This document shows positions 1 through 13,100 of a stretch of 64,000 nt of DNA, piece by piece. The stretch is from Acanthaster planci (lineage: Eukaryota), in NCBI RefSeq assembly GCF_001949145.1, contig NW_019091357.1, positions 1,576,746 to 1,640,745 of the forward strand. The letters are read 5' to 3'. Every line of letters starts with the position of its first letter. Within the stretch, counting starts at the first letter, position 1. The position numbers and the translations under genes are program-made. A model generated the notes under the pieces. That model was not told the DNA's origin and did not search any database. It saw only the letters and a program-made list of their open reading frames with translations.

Positions 1-1330
1 AATCTACGACTGCACAAGCTTCATTATGTTAGGCTGTAGAATTCGCCCACCGTTTTCCCCTTCCATCACCAGGGCGTCATTAGTCCACCCACCTGTTAAA
101 ACAGCCACATTAGTTCAGGTGCCGCGCCGCCGCTTCAATTCTCCGTCCTTGGGCAATGTTTAGACACTTGATATACTGCCCTGAACGTGACGGGGGGAGG
201 GTGTAGGGTTGGCTGGAGGGAGTACAAGGCATGTTATTTCGGTTAATTGGCTCAATAGAATGTTCGGTGTCAGGTAGCGCTACACTGAGGCTTACCTTGT
301 CGTTAGCTGAAGGGTTTGTCAAGGACGAGCCGCCGCAGTGGTGTGATGTACGTGTGGGAAATAAAGTCGAAGGACATGTCCAAGATCTTGACAAAATTTA
401 TCCCCTCCAAAATGAACTACATATGTACATGTTCCTGGAAGTTTTATCATCAATTTAACATCGGCTAAGGCAATATTTGTTATCTATTTTATGTCCATGT
501 TATACAGATTCAAGGGTAAGGCTACGTCAGGCCTTATGTAAGCTGTTGAAGCAGCCCTATCGCATAGACTTCGTTGTTCATACATAACTCTCGGAGAGGG
601 ACCAGGGAAACAAATATTACAGTAGACTAATTTTTGAAGAGATGCGGTGCCGCCGCACTCACGCGCGCGTGCATTTTGCAAGTCTCAGCATCCTATTGGT
701 CAAAGAGGCATGTGAAGCGCGCGGATATTACCTGTCGACGAGTGTTATACCACCGCAATTATGGCCTCTAAGCTCCCAACTGAATTAGATTGTATAAAAT
801 CATGTGGATATGCATAATCCAGACAAGAGCTAGGAGTCCACTCTTGCTGAAAAAGATCTATAATAGACCACCATCTATCTCGTATTTTTGTTCGGATGGG
901 TCCATCCATGGTGGTTCAACCGAGCGTCGTCGGTGGATATGGGCGAAACATCATCATGTCTATTGATAAAATGGGCAGTGTGGAAAGTGGCTTTGACGTT
1001 TTCAAGAACCGACAGAAAGCCATTACAGGTTCATCTTTTTGACTCACGAGTGATGTTACACGGGGACTCCTCGTCTAAAGCTATGAACTGAACCTTTCAC
1101 AGTTACAGATGGACATTGATGAGGCCATAATGGGGCAGAGCTGAGGTGTGCTGCTGCCTTGTGCTAGGGAAGAAACCCGTAAACGCCAAGTAAGGATGGT
1201 CATAAGAGAACTTAAACAAGACCACCTTGACATAGCGGGCATTCGCTTGTTGCTACGATAGGGGGATACCGAAGCGGCAATAGATAAGCCAATGCTGAGC
1301 AAGACGAGTGATGGACAAGACATCACAAAT

Positions 1331-1516
1331 GGGGAGATGTAAATTAATAATTTTTGGATTTTGCCCAGCCCGACGTGTATTTTTTAACACTGTATGCTCA
1401 GTGTATGCCACCGCGGGCTTATGAAAAAAAAACCGACAAGCGTACTCGGGTGGGACTCGAACCCACGACCTCCTGCTTACTAGTGCAGACGTCTTAACCA
1501 CTTGACCACTGAGCTC
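1331..1516 (-). mobile_element. tRNA-Thr-like headed repeat (SINE-like), copy 1
   Basis: A box TGGTCAAGTGG, B box GGTTCGAGTCC, anticodon arm TCTGC-ACTAGTAA-GCAGG; 3' body shared with the copies at 1632 and 34848. Confidence 0.85.
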
Positions 1517-1551
1517 GACGGTGTCGTTTTATTTTTTATTTGTTTATTTTT

Positions 1552-1627
1552 TGTGTTCTGCAATTCACACTGATTCTCGCAGCTGACTGCGTTCTTCATC
1601 GGCGCACGAGCCGAGTGATCCAACGCC
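1552..1627 (-). pseudogene. 5.8S rRNA fragment (5' half), dispersed pseudogene
   Basis: Reverse strand reads GGCGTTGGATCACTCGGCTCGTGCGCCGATGAAGAACGCAGTCAGCTGCGAGAATCAGTGTGAATTGCAGAACACA, matching the conserved 5.8S motifs GGATCACTCGGCTCG, GATGAAGAACGCAG and GTGAATTGCAG. Truncated and followed by an A-rich tail (1527..1551); no 18S/28S/ITS context. Confidence 0.9.
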
Positions 1628-1631
1628 GGCA

Positions 1632-1792
1632 AGCTCGGTGGTCGAGTGGTTAAGACGTCTGCACTAGTAAGCAAGAGGTCTTGGGTTCGAGTCCCACCCG
1701 AGTACGCTTGTGGTTTTTCCACGAGCCTTCAGGGACATAGCATACAATGTTAAAATACAAGTCGGGCAGGGCGGAAAAAATCCCAAATTAAT
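1632..1792 (+). mobile_element. tRNA-Thr-like headed repeat (SINE-like), copy 2, inverted relative to copy 1
   Basis: Head differs from copy 1 at only 4 of about 79 nt; shares the tail (gttaaaatac..gtcgggcagggc..aaaatcc). Confidence 0.85.
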
Positions 1793-4700
1793 CGTCAAGT
1801 CAGTAAAGAGGAGTGGTGCTTGTTAAAATCAGTTCTGACTTGTTTGGTTACCAACCAAGCCACTGAAACAGAAAATATGGAGGCAGTGCTATTGAGATAA
1901 ATGAGAGATTCCCCGTCCGATTCTTACCCCTGTGGTCATTCACACGGTGGTTTGCGTGAGGCAAGGATTTCATGACCAGTGATTCCATGACCCAATTACG
2001 TCCGTCACTCTGAACTCCGCTCACAGTGATGAACATTGTGATACACACTGTGACAAAAGAGCGGGGCAAAGCATTACTTTAACTTTTTCAGAGTAACTCG
2101 TGTTTTGCACAAAATAGTAAATTTGTGATAATCGAGTTATTTCTCGAGGGTACCCCATCAAACTGCCAACAACTGTACTAAATCGTAAGCAGAAGGTCTG
2201 CGGCATAAGCCACCAAAGGCAATCAGGACTAGGAGCCTGACAATGTCGAACTATTTTACTCCCCCAATTTGACATGTCAGGTGAAATTAGACGGGATTTT
2301 GATAGCCCCACAACCCAATTTCAGAAACAGATGGAAGACCGTTCAAATGACAACCTTAATGGTCCTCTTTTGGTCTGACAACGGCGGCAAGTGGTGATTC
2401 CAGGGACATGGAGGCGATTTAAATGAATGTCGATCTCCCAGACACCGAGACAGTTTGGTTAGTGCAATTTGAAGGGGCGTGATACAAAGAGGAGAGCCGG
2501 TTAAGCACGCAGTGAATCATTTTTCTGATGGTGGGGGTGTGAACTGACCAAGGACAGAGGGGACACCGACCAGATAAGTGGGTAGACCCATCAGGTGATC
2601 GAGGTCACTGAATGGGGCCCAGGTGTCCCCCAGTGAATACCCCCACCCTGGGCCCAAGGACCTCGTCTTGTGCATCAGGTCATGAAGTACGTAATTACGG
2701 TCTTTATGGAAGCCCATGTCCCCCTTTTTTCCCACCAACAAAAAACCAACGTTTTCCACATTCCACAAAGTACCCGAAAGAATCAATGATTTTAAAATGA
2801 CGTACAGGCTATCTCTAGTGAAACTGAAAGAACCAATTTCCATCATACTCTGATCAACACACAGACGTGGGTGTCCGGTTGTTCAAACAGCATCTTTCAT
2901 TTATGAGTTTTTCGGTCCGGCTTTGGTGGTCGCGTCTGTTGATGAGTTTACAGCCATGGAACTCTAAGCATGGTTACTACTGTTACTAACTCAACTGTAA
3001 TGTAAACTATCTTAATAATATGTCGCCAATAATCCAACATTTGAATGAAACGTGTAAATCCGTGTCTCCAATCCTTTTGATGGGGCATTTAGCGGGAAGT
3101 AATTATGATGCCGAAAAGAGCAGGCAAAAGTTGCATCAATCTCTGGTGGATGTAACAAGTCAACCCTCTGTCTCTCTACCATGGATTCAAAACGTCTGTC
3201 TCCTAGACCCATATGTACATGTACAATCACCATTCGCTGTAGCTTTGAGTAAAACTATCTTTTTTTTTACACTAAACGGAAACATTTTCCAGGCAATTAC
3301 GAAGGGCCTTATACACCTGTCGTATTGTTTGGTGTTTGACGTAAAGCGGATTTTATCGCTCAACAATACTGCTCTGTGTCTGAATGGGAAGAACAGGCCA
3401 AGACAAGTGGAAAGCTGTCAATTCTCTCCTGCTCCACTTGAGAACAATCTGACAACTCAACAAACGAGCGAATCAACCCATAATGTTTTCTAAGTGACAA
3501 CCTTTGAAAACCTGTAACGTTCTGCTGATGTTTGTATATTTCAGCTCAAACGCTCCACAAACAACAAATCTTCCTTCTTTTCAGACACGATATATGGATT
3601 AATGACAATTAAAATCGAGACCTGACGCCCGAGGTTTTATGGAAGAAAACCTTTGCAAATCCAAACAGGTTCTGTGATGTTTACAGGAATTTTAACTCAG
3701 ACGTTCCACTAACAACCAGTCGTCGCTCTCTATTCTATTAAAATTCTATTATGAGGGAACGCCTCAATGAAGTGACGCTCTGAAAATTTCTAGGTGACTG
3801 TCCCAAGGGTTCATTTGGATGGTGTGCCAGATGATCAGTAAAGGATCCTGAAGGTTTTCCCGCTTATGCTCGAAGTTCTATTCTTGCCTTTCTTCCTGAC
3901 TCAATTTTGCTTTGAATGTGCGAGTAATCGAAGCATTATCGTAACATGTTGATGTCTTTTTACACACGGTTACCGTTGCAAACCACTACGTTCAACTTCA
4001 ACTTCTGGGCACTTAGTAAGAAACAGGGCTTTGTGGCCAATATCACAGGTGGAACCATTAATTAGCGTTCTTTATTTAATAACTTTAGAAATTTGGAGCA
4101 CTCTTTTCTCAACAATGAAAGCAATTTATTGTTAAATGATTTTGCCCTGAAGGCTGAATCCACACTTACTGTCGCTACTTTTCTTGTGTTTAATAAAAAA
4201 AATAATTAATGTCTAAAACGTAAACTATGAGTGAGTGGCATTTGAAGCTCAGAAAAACGGAACATTTGCTAAACCTATTTACATGGAATCATTTTCAATA
4301 TTGATTGAGTGGCTTTCTAAAACCAATTCGTTTTAATCAATCTAACTTCTATTCTTAAAGCACAAAAGGATCTCACATTTTCACCTTTGATTCTTTAACA
4401 AATCGGGATTAACGATAGAGGGCTCCCGACATAAAATATGGTGTGGCCACGACGCCTGAAAATATGTCCCCGTCGAGTTTGTTATTCTTTGTGCACCTGA
4501 TGGTTATATTTTCTGTTCAAGTTCCTTCTTTATCAAGGGCACCCAGACCCAGCTAAGACACCCGCCTCAGTGATGACAGCTTTGCTAGATTTATTACCAC
4601 ATCAAGTTCAACCAACAAAGGATCAAACACAGTTGGCCTACATGCAAAAAGAAATGTACATGTAGGCCTACATGCGTGCCGCTGGTGTGAGCCGTCATTG

Positions 4701-7571
4701 CGGGAAGTCATTTTCTTTCAAGTATAAAATGTAATCAGGGAAATGTTTGCGAATTCGGTGAATGAAATAGCGATGGGACCAAAGGGGTAATTTCACAAAT
4801 TGGAGAGGACGTGTGATGAGGATCGGGGGCAGCGAGAGTAGAGTGATGAAAACACTGCGGCGTTTGCTTCGAAATTTGGGGCAGAACTGAGTTTGTGGGC
4901 TCGGCTTGTGTGTGTGTGGGGGGGGCTCCTCAAAATCATTTTACATATAAGTGTGCAAAAGCCACCTGAGTTATTAACTTTGATTTCTCATGGACGCACT
5001 GAATTTTACACCAAAATGCTCCGGGGCAAATAAACCACACATGCAACAGCCGTTGAGAAGCCGTGCAGACGGGTCCTTCAAAGAGGTTCTGTTTGATTTG
5101 GCACACTGACAAGATAGGACGCCGACCAGGTGAAATTAACAATAGAGAACCGGCAGGTGCAAGGAGTGCCGGGGCACAGGTGAACAGGTGAGGGCAACAC
5201 GGCCTCGGAATGTGGGTCGCGAGCCGGGCGCGTGGGTACTCGCACTTCTAAAGCACTCTGTCAATAAATTATGCATGCTTGCTATTGTTCAAGGATGAAA
5301 AATAAGGGGGTCTCTGTTCTCCCGTTGTTTGCAGGGTGTGTGGTGGTTATGAATTGTGAGTAGAGAGTGGACCGATGAAGTACCACGTCCAGAGGTTTTG
5401 CGCACAACAGAAATTGGACTGAGTCAGGAATATAACTTGATCGACAGGTGTAGCCTAAAGGCTTATCGCAAGGGATACTGCACGGAAGTTTTCAAAGGAG
5501 GCATTTAGTTTTTCAGGAATCCTTCTCACATTAATGGTCGATACATTTTGTCTTGTCAGTTGCAAATGTATCACTTTTATAAGCATTTTATGTTGAAAAC
5601 ATACCCCTGTCGAGGGAGGTGTTGAGAAATATTAATATTGGCGGGTAATCACATGCGAAGCCCCGTATGATGAGACCTTCCGTAGCTTGCTGATTAAGAG
5701 AGCCTTGGTTTGAAACCCTCACAATGTCCCGTTATGCAAAACCTGAGAAAGGGATTATCACTGAACAAAATAATCAACGAATTAATCCGATTGAATTGTC
5801 TGTGGGGCACGCGTCCCTCCTTTTGTGACGAATACGCGTTGAGACAGGGAGCGCCCGGTACATAATATCTGGTTTTGGAACTTCGAGTCTGGTAGTGCGT
5901 GGAATACGATGCTGTTTAACATGGATCACTGAGAGTTTGTAATCAGCTACCGTCCTCAGATGTGAATCTGTAGCATGCTGTTTTGATTTCAGGCTGAAAA
6001 TTTCCCAGTTGTAAATTCTGCAGCACTCTTCACGTTTTCTACTAGGAAGGTCTTTAAGGTCTAGGACATCTCTGTATAATCTATCAAAAGAACACTTTAC
6101 TCGTATTGGAATACTTTTCTTTGATTGGTATAAAGTGCAAACGGGCTTATTAATTTGAATGCTAAATGTATGACGTTTGAAAAATTAATTGTATTGCTTA
6201 AGAAGAAAAATGAGACAGGCCTGACCTTTTGGGCACTTGTAATATTACTGGCGTCCACAGCTCTGAATAGTGGTGATATAGTTATCCAATTGAACGCGTT
6301 TGCCAACACGTTGATTTATTGTTGAGTCAACACTTGCTGAGACCCGCTATGCAAATTCCGAGGCACGCATCCGGTTGCTTTCCTGGAAAAGGTTGAAATT
6401 CAGTTGTAAGCTTCAAGCGACAATTTCCGGTACATAGCCGAAACCACATTGTTGTATTCCAATAATAATCTTCAATAGTTTACTGAACTCGTCTCTTTTA
6501 TGAAAAATATAGACGTGTTTAAGAATTTCAAACAAATGGTAGCTGTATACCGTTTAATAGGACGAAGCTTGGTAATGGTCCAAACCTTTCAGTAAACCCT
6601 TGTAACTAACGTCTGTCAAAGTCTTTCTTTACAAATACAAGTGTTATCCGCAGCAAAATTGCATATGCAGCAAGGTATGAGACGGAGAGAGCCCCCCCTG
6701 CTTTGTGTTGGTCATTGTCTCGCAGGAATCTGGGGAATTCCTTTCAGACATCCTGGGGAGATGCGTTAAGTAACAATAGTCTAGAATGTGTATAGGGATT
6801 GGACATGTTGGGGGGGGTACCCCTCGGTCTCATTTCTTGCTGGGTATACAAAACAGAGTGGAGCAAGACACGCAGAGCTTGCGGGATAAAATCTGATTAG
6901 GCTATACAAGTAAATCCTAACGAACTCTTCTCCAAAGAAATATCGATCGACGGCATCATGTGGCCGGGGTGCTTATAATGTCTCATATATTTGATAATAT
7001 GCAAATGAAGTCGGGGCCCCAGACAGCAATTAATTATAGTTAATGCAAGCTGCTCCATCAAGGCGTCCAGCCACATCCCGATTGCGGATTTTAGCGGATT
7101 TTTTTTACCCCGCGCGTGGAACCAACTCGATTCTTATGTAAATCGGTTTGATATTGAGCGGTCTTCCTGAACGCAGCCGAGCAGAATTCTGAATCAAAAT
7201 GGCTAAGAATCCTTTCCATCATCTGAAACGAATCGATAAGTGGCAAAAGTCTTTGTTCCCAGAAACTATCCTTTGTCATCTTGACGCGTGCAGAAGTTGG
7301 GCTTTTGCCGTCTTAGCCGCATTACGGGTGAGGATCAATATTATAGCGAGCAAGTAAATAATTGATGAGCTCAAATCTACTTCTTGGCTTTATCTTAGCA
7401 GCTCTGAAGAAGATTCTTCAAAGTAATTGGCAATCTGAATGTGTAAATTACTAATATAATTACCATCTCATTACATGTTTATGCTTTGCAACATATTGCC
7501 CAGCCAGAGTTCATTTGTACGTTTGTTTTGGCGAATTTCTTGATTTTTCTATCGATCTGTATTAATGAAAG

Positions 7572-7815
7572 TACACTATACTCAAAGAAGTTAAGGGCCA
7601 CTTTTTATTTTGTTTATACTTTTTATGTGACATAAACGTATTTTACTGCTGAAAATGCACATTTGATGTTTTGAAACATTTTTAAAAAATGTTTTATTCC
7701 AATGAGAACACCATGCATCTAGACAAATAAAAGCCTTGAACTACACCCCACTCATAGCCTGGAAAAAAATTACAAGTTAAGAAAAAAATTGGCGCTTAAC
7801 TTTTTGAGTAGTATA
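7572..7815. mobile_element. Tc1/mariner-type MITE
   Basis: About 30-bp TIRs tacactatactcaaagaagttaagggccacttttt / aaaaattggcgcttaactttttgagtagtata with TA ends. Confidence 0.75.
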
Positions 7816-10011
7816 AATTGCTATTGCAAACTATTCGTCAACATCAACGTTACTCAGACGTAAAAACAAAAGACAAACGAACAAATTACACTTCGGCATC
7901 GCTTGAAGGACAATTTTCAATTGTTCATAAACTGTGACCAAAAGATCCGAAGACTAATGTCCGATTTCATCCCCGATTAATCCCTAATGCCTCCCATTAA
8001 CGTACGTGCGTACGTTTTGCTTCATGGCTGCATTTTTTCATATAACCCAAGGATAAGCTGTAAAAACACAGTACTGAGTCCTCTGCCTACCCAATTTTAA
8101 TAGTTATTGAGTATCACTGCAGAATTTCTTTTCTGATTGTCATTTAACTTGATAAACATATTTGATATTTCATTTGTAATTAATGGATGTGTGTTGGCTA
8201 TAAAAATTGTTATAGTAGTGCAGAAATGTGTGTACACAGAATGGATGGATTTACATTTACAGAAATGATAAAAGCTGCCCTAAAACTCAATGGGGGCTCC
8301 TTTATCATGGAATACCACGGGATTTCCACAAATTAAAAATTATCAAAATTGCAGCAAGTTAACTTGGCTAGCTTCTTCGCGGTAGCATTCTCGCAGGCGG
8401 CGCAAATGTTCACGACAAGAAGGCGGGGACTCCCGGGCTGCTCTGGCGGTTGCTTCCGCCCCAATGACACCCGATATGACAGCCAGAAACATTCATGTCA
8501 TTCCCGGCCCAAGAGCCCCCGGGCCGAGAGAATTAGGTGATAGTAGTTTAACACTCTCCGGGATCGCGGGAAACATGACATTATCATACAAGACGAGCAC
8601 GTCGAGCGAGGGGCTTCGACCAGACAACGGGAATAATTATTCAAATCTGCCCGCCATAGATTGACGAAGTGTCTGACTAGCTGTGAAATTAACCACGCTG
8701 GCTGCGGCGTCTCGGTTGATTGAGGCCACTTCGGGAACAAGGAACGGGGTCAGCCCAAGGTGACACATCTGTCAATTTTTAATCACACATCGCTACTGCA
8801 TTTTTTTAATTTTGCTAGTGGAGGCGAAATTAAATAATTAAGATACGCATATCTTCTTCAGCACTTGTTACATACTCAGTCTCTGCGGAAAGACAGCGAC
8901 AACATTAAGCCAGTGACTGAAACCAGAAACCAATATCTCCTTTTTCTGACCTTGCAGACAATAAAACATTGAACGTCTTCCCAAGCCCAGAGATTCAATA
9001 ACTTTTAATGGCATGTTGGAGAATGTAACTGTTGTCTGACCTTAGTAATTAACACGAGTAAAACAAGTGAAGTGAAGATGAACTGAAACAATCTCTATAC
9101 TCAATCAGCCTCAAGCTGGATCAAGAGAGGACGCAATTTTCTTAGCAACGGAGGCTCCGTTGGTAGGAACTGAACCTCGCTGGTTCACGACTGACTATGA
9201 AATGCAAGCGTTACGGCCGCCTCGCTACCAACAAAAATAAACACTTCGGACCAATAAGGCTCTTTTTAACCAATGATTGGGTGCTTCTGCTCGAGGCGGA
9301 CAGGAGTCTGTAGTTTACGCTTGTAGAGATTGGAACGTACGTGTCCTCCACGGCTTTGTCAAAGCTGTACGTTAATATAAACGATGGTGTTCGTGATAAC
9401 AATATCTTCATCGGAGTAATTCCTGCGTGGTAATATAATCGTGGAATGGCAGTTGGCAGCCTGCATTGCGACATTCTGTAGTTTTCGATTTTTTCCTTCA
9501 GGATATAACCAGCAAACGGCGCTATTACGGAGACAAGAAGAAAGGGTGGACCGCCCTCTTCACATTCCTCATCCCTCCCCCGAATCGGATAGGCGACTTT
9601 TTTAAATTTCCCGATGAATTAAAGGTATGACTTCGTTCTATATGTACGCGTTATGTACTTTAGACTTCAACAAAGAAAACAAAACCTTTCATGTTGGTTT
9701 CCTCTTCCATTCCCCCATCTAAAAGATACAAAAAATAGCACTGTTGTGAGGATCTAAAGATTAGTGAGTCTAGATTAATTAGTCTCATATTTCTTGTCAT
9801 CGAAAGTGATGAATACTTGGATTATTGCGGGAGTCCCATCGAGTTAAATTGAAATGCTTACATCTCCAGCAAGTTAATTAAACTGATGTGACGAAATACG
9901 TGACACAATACACGGTCCGAAAGAACATGCAGCGTCAAGTCGTATTCATCCAAAACCTCGAGCTCAGGATTGTGTCGCCTTTGTACTTGTCAGGTGCTGC
10001 ATGTAGGAAGG

Positions 10012-10135
10012 ATGGAGGGTTTGCGTGACTACCATCGAGCAAACCAGTGCTTTTTTCCACTTGGTATGCACAAAGGAGGCTTTTCTGTAGAACAGAGAAC
10101 TGCCCTGCAAGATGGCTACCATATTACGCATTCAC
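10012..10135. mobile_element. MITE, family B copy 2 (more decayed)
   Basis: Shares gagggtttgc, ccagtgctttt, gcacaaagga and agaactgccctgcaagatggc with 42510..42637. Confidence 0.7.
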
Positions 10136-13100
10136 CAATAGTCTAAGGACTCGCTGGCCTTCAGTAAAGTTTGCAAGTCAATTTTAACTGATGCGGGTGG
10201 TTTCAAATAGCGCCCCCAGTTTTTCAACAATATTCATTCTCATTTCATATGCAATGCCCCACCACTTCCCACAGGAAATGTGAAAAATGTGATATACATA
10301 TATTTTTTTGATGGTATCAACTTAAAATTAATCACTCAAACAACCAAAAACCGTGATGGTAAACTTTTGCGGGTACGGCATCGAGCGTGTAATTTTCGTT
10401 TCAGGAACACTGTCGACTGGTCGGAAACGCGGGTGGATTAATCACTGATGCGGAACCACAAACTGTCTGAATTTATGCAGAAATTGATTGCTTGAAATAA
10501 GTCCGGGTTTTATTTGTAACAGGTATAATTCATCTCGCATGAGCTAGGCAGCCGGTTCTGGAGGGTACACTATATGCCTCGACCACGCGCTTGAAAACTG
10601 TGTAACAACCCTAAACAATTCTCAACTTTTTAGAATACATTTGTACTTTCAGGCCACCGGGGCATGGGGAGGCTTTGACCGATGGTTGGCGGATGCCTAT
10701 CTCCCACGCTCTGTTCGACCGGACAAGCCCCGAAATAGATAACAAAAGTTATTAAGACTCCAAAACAATGAACTATCGGCCTCGAAATCTCCGGCCAGCT
10801 GGGCAAATATACCCCCACCTTCGGAATAGTCGCCAAAATGACCGCTTGTTTATCTGGCTTGCCAGTTTCCCACCGATCCCGGCAAGACAAAAGCTTAACT
10901 TGGCCCTTATGGTGAGAGTAATTAATGGAAAAATAATCGACGGCTAATGTTTGATCTGGCGTGGCTACAAGTAGATACAGCGGAAAGTGCACTTAGGTTT
11001 CACTGACTGAAGTGGTTACTTCGTAAAACAACAATTTTCAAAGCAATTAAGGTTTACCTTGTAGATAACACAATAACCAACAACTCGATAAGTAGTATGA
11101 ACAGGAAAACTAACAGGTCAGAAATTACAGGGCATCTATTCAAAATCTTTGCCCAAAAAGCAGCCTTACTGGTTGTTTTAAGTTACTATAATTCCCCAAG
11201 GGCTGACCTCAGCTTGCACTTTTTTTCGAGCATAAGCTGACATCCAAATTCGTTAAGAGATCCGGGTTAAAGTGATCCTGTTAACCTATTTCACCCCCCT
11301 TTTGGACGGCTATCGTATTATCGTTAACTGCGGCCTCTCTACAATGATAGAGGGAGGAACAAACAGGATTTGGGTAGTTCAACACGGAAAGAAATTTGCT
11401 TTTAATAGGTCCGATTACAGCCGGTAAAGTCGGGGGACCCGGTGGGGATTTTGAGCGCGATGCCGGGGCACGCGCCCGATGAGCCTGGCCGTCAGCCACG
11501 GTCGTCGCTTTTTAGGGGGAAACCACTTTGAACGCCGAGGCGATGTCGAAAAGGATTGGAGACTGGGAAAGATGAAAGATGATAATTTGAGCGCTCTTGG
11601 GAAGTGAGTAGAACGCTGGATTATTTAAAAGGGGGCGAATAGTTTCAAAACAAAATGTTGAATGAAAGTTTTTGCATTAAACCGCGGCAACAAAGCTGCC
11701 CCCCCCATTTATTTCACTGACCGAGGGTAAGTTACCAAAATTAATGCCCATGACTCAAGAATAATGTGAAGAATTTCCAGAACTTTTGCCATGTGCATTA
11801 AGGCGGGAGTTTCTCAAGCTAGAATGAGCTGAGCATTCGATCGAATTCATGCCAAAAATGGATCTTAATGATCACGCTTTTCTTGCGATTACAAGATTCT
11901 TCACAAAAATTGCACTTAGGCCCTAACAATCAACGTTTCAGGCAGAATGTTGGAATCATCTTCAGTAAACTTCATCGGTCTTTGAGCCGCACGCAGACAT
12001 ATCTTCTCAAATTAAAAAGCAAAGCACATACCAAATATTTCTTAAGAAATGGCTTGGAACGACTAAATTTTCTGTAAAAGAATTTGAACTCTCTCAGGAA
12101 AAATCACAACTAATTTATGATCAGAAATTATACGGCACAGGCCTCGCGCATCACAATTCATCGCACACAAAAAACATTATAAATTTTCTTCAGAATTATT
12201 CATTTAAATTTCCCTTTCCTATTAGACATGGAACAAATAAATGTCACTGCCCCTAGCGCTGGTTATTTAGAAACAAAGAGCACAATATGGACTTGCAAAG
12301 GCTATGATTGGGAGCGATATTCTCGGAAATTGATAATTTCTTTGTTCAACGTCAAGTCCGCAGCAGGGAAATGGAAACAGCAGTCACGTCTGTAGATGAT
12401 TCATCGAGATGATTCCAGCGGCTGTTTCACAAGTAAGCTTGTTACGCGTTTCGAAGCCACAAGTTCTTGGTTCATGTTATTCCTGGCCTATATCGACTCT
12501 AGTGTTTTTATTCATCATTTCACAATTTCAGTCATTTGCTGACGGAATTGAGGTAACGACAATTGCTGTCGTCATGCCGTTTTCATTTTAAACTAAAACT
12601 AAAACAGGGCAAGTAATTAACAATATTTAAAGTCCCTAATTACAGAAAGGGTTTCTCTTAGTCGGCATCTTTTTGTGACGCATTTCACTGAAATTGAACA
12701 ACAGAACCAATTTCCTTTACCATGCATGATGCGAGTATAGTTTGGACAATAACAGAATTCGGGCAACATGCAACAGTCGTCGCACAAGTAGCTCGTTAAA
12801 GGCGTACCGCTCTTGCATGGGTTTTCATCTTCCATCCAGAACGGAACGGCGGCAGATGGCAACGCGCTGATGCGACAAGACCCAGCGTCCATGTCAGACA
12901 AAAAAAATGATAAATGATAAAAAGAGGGAATAGTCATCGCAACAATCTACATACATGCATTCGGCCAAGCTAAATATAGCCAAATCAATCGTGGTAATGG
13001 CATCGAAAAAAACACCACACAAATAAGCTTTGCTCAGGCAAAATTCGCCTCTGAATTTTCAACAAAGTCGCTAGTTTTTACACGATCTACCGAAATAGTG

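Noticed and set aside
862..964. MITE with aatagac/gtctatt ends
   Set aside because: Only 7-bp inverted ends and no second copy in the window.
1552..1627. Functional rDNA unit
   Set aside because: Only about half of 5.8S, with no ITS, 18S or 28S neighbours.
1443..1705. Functional tRNA-Thr genes
   Set aside because: 8-nt anticodon loop, unpaired first acceptor position, stem mismatches and a shared 3' body across dispersed copies indicate a repeat family.
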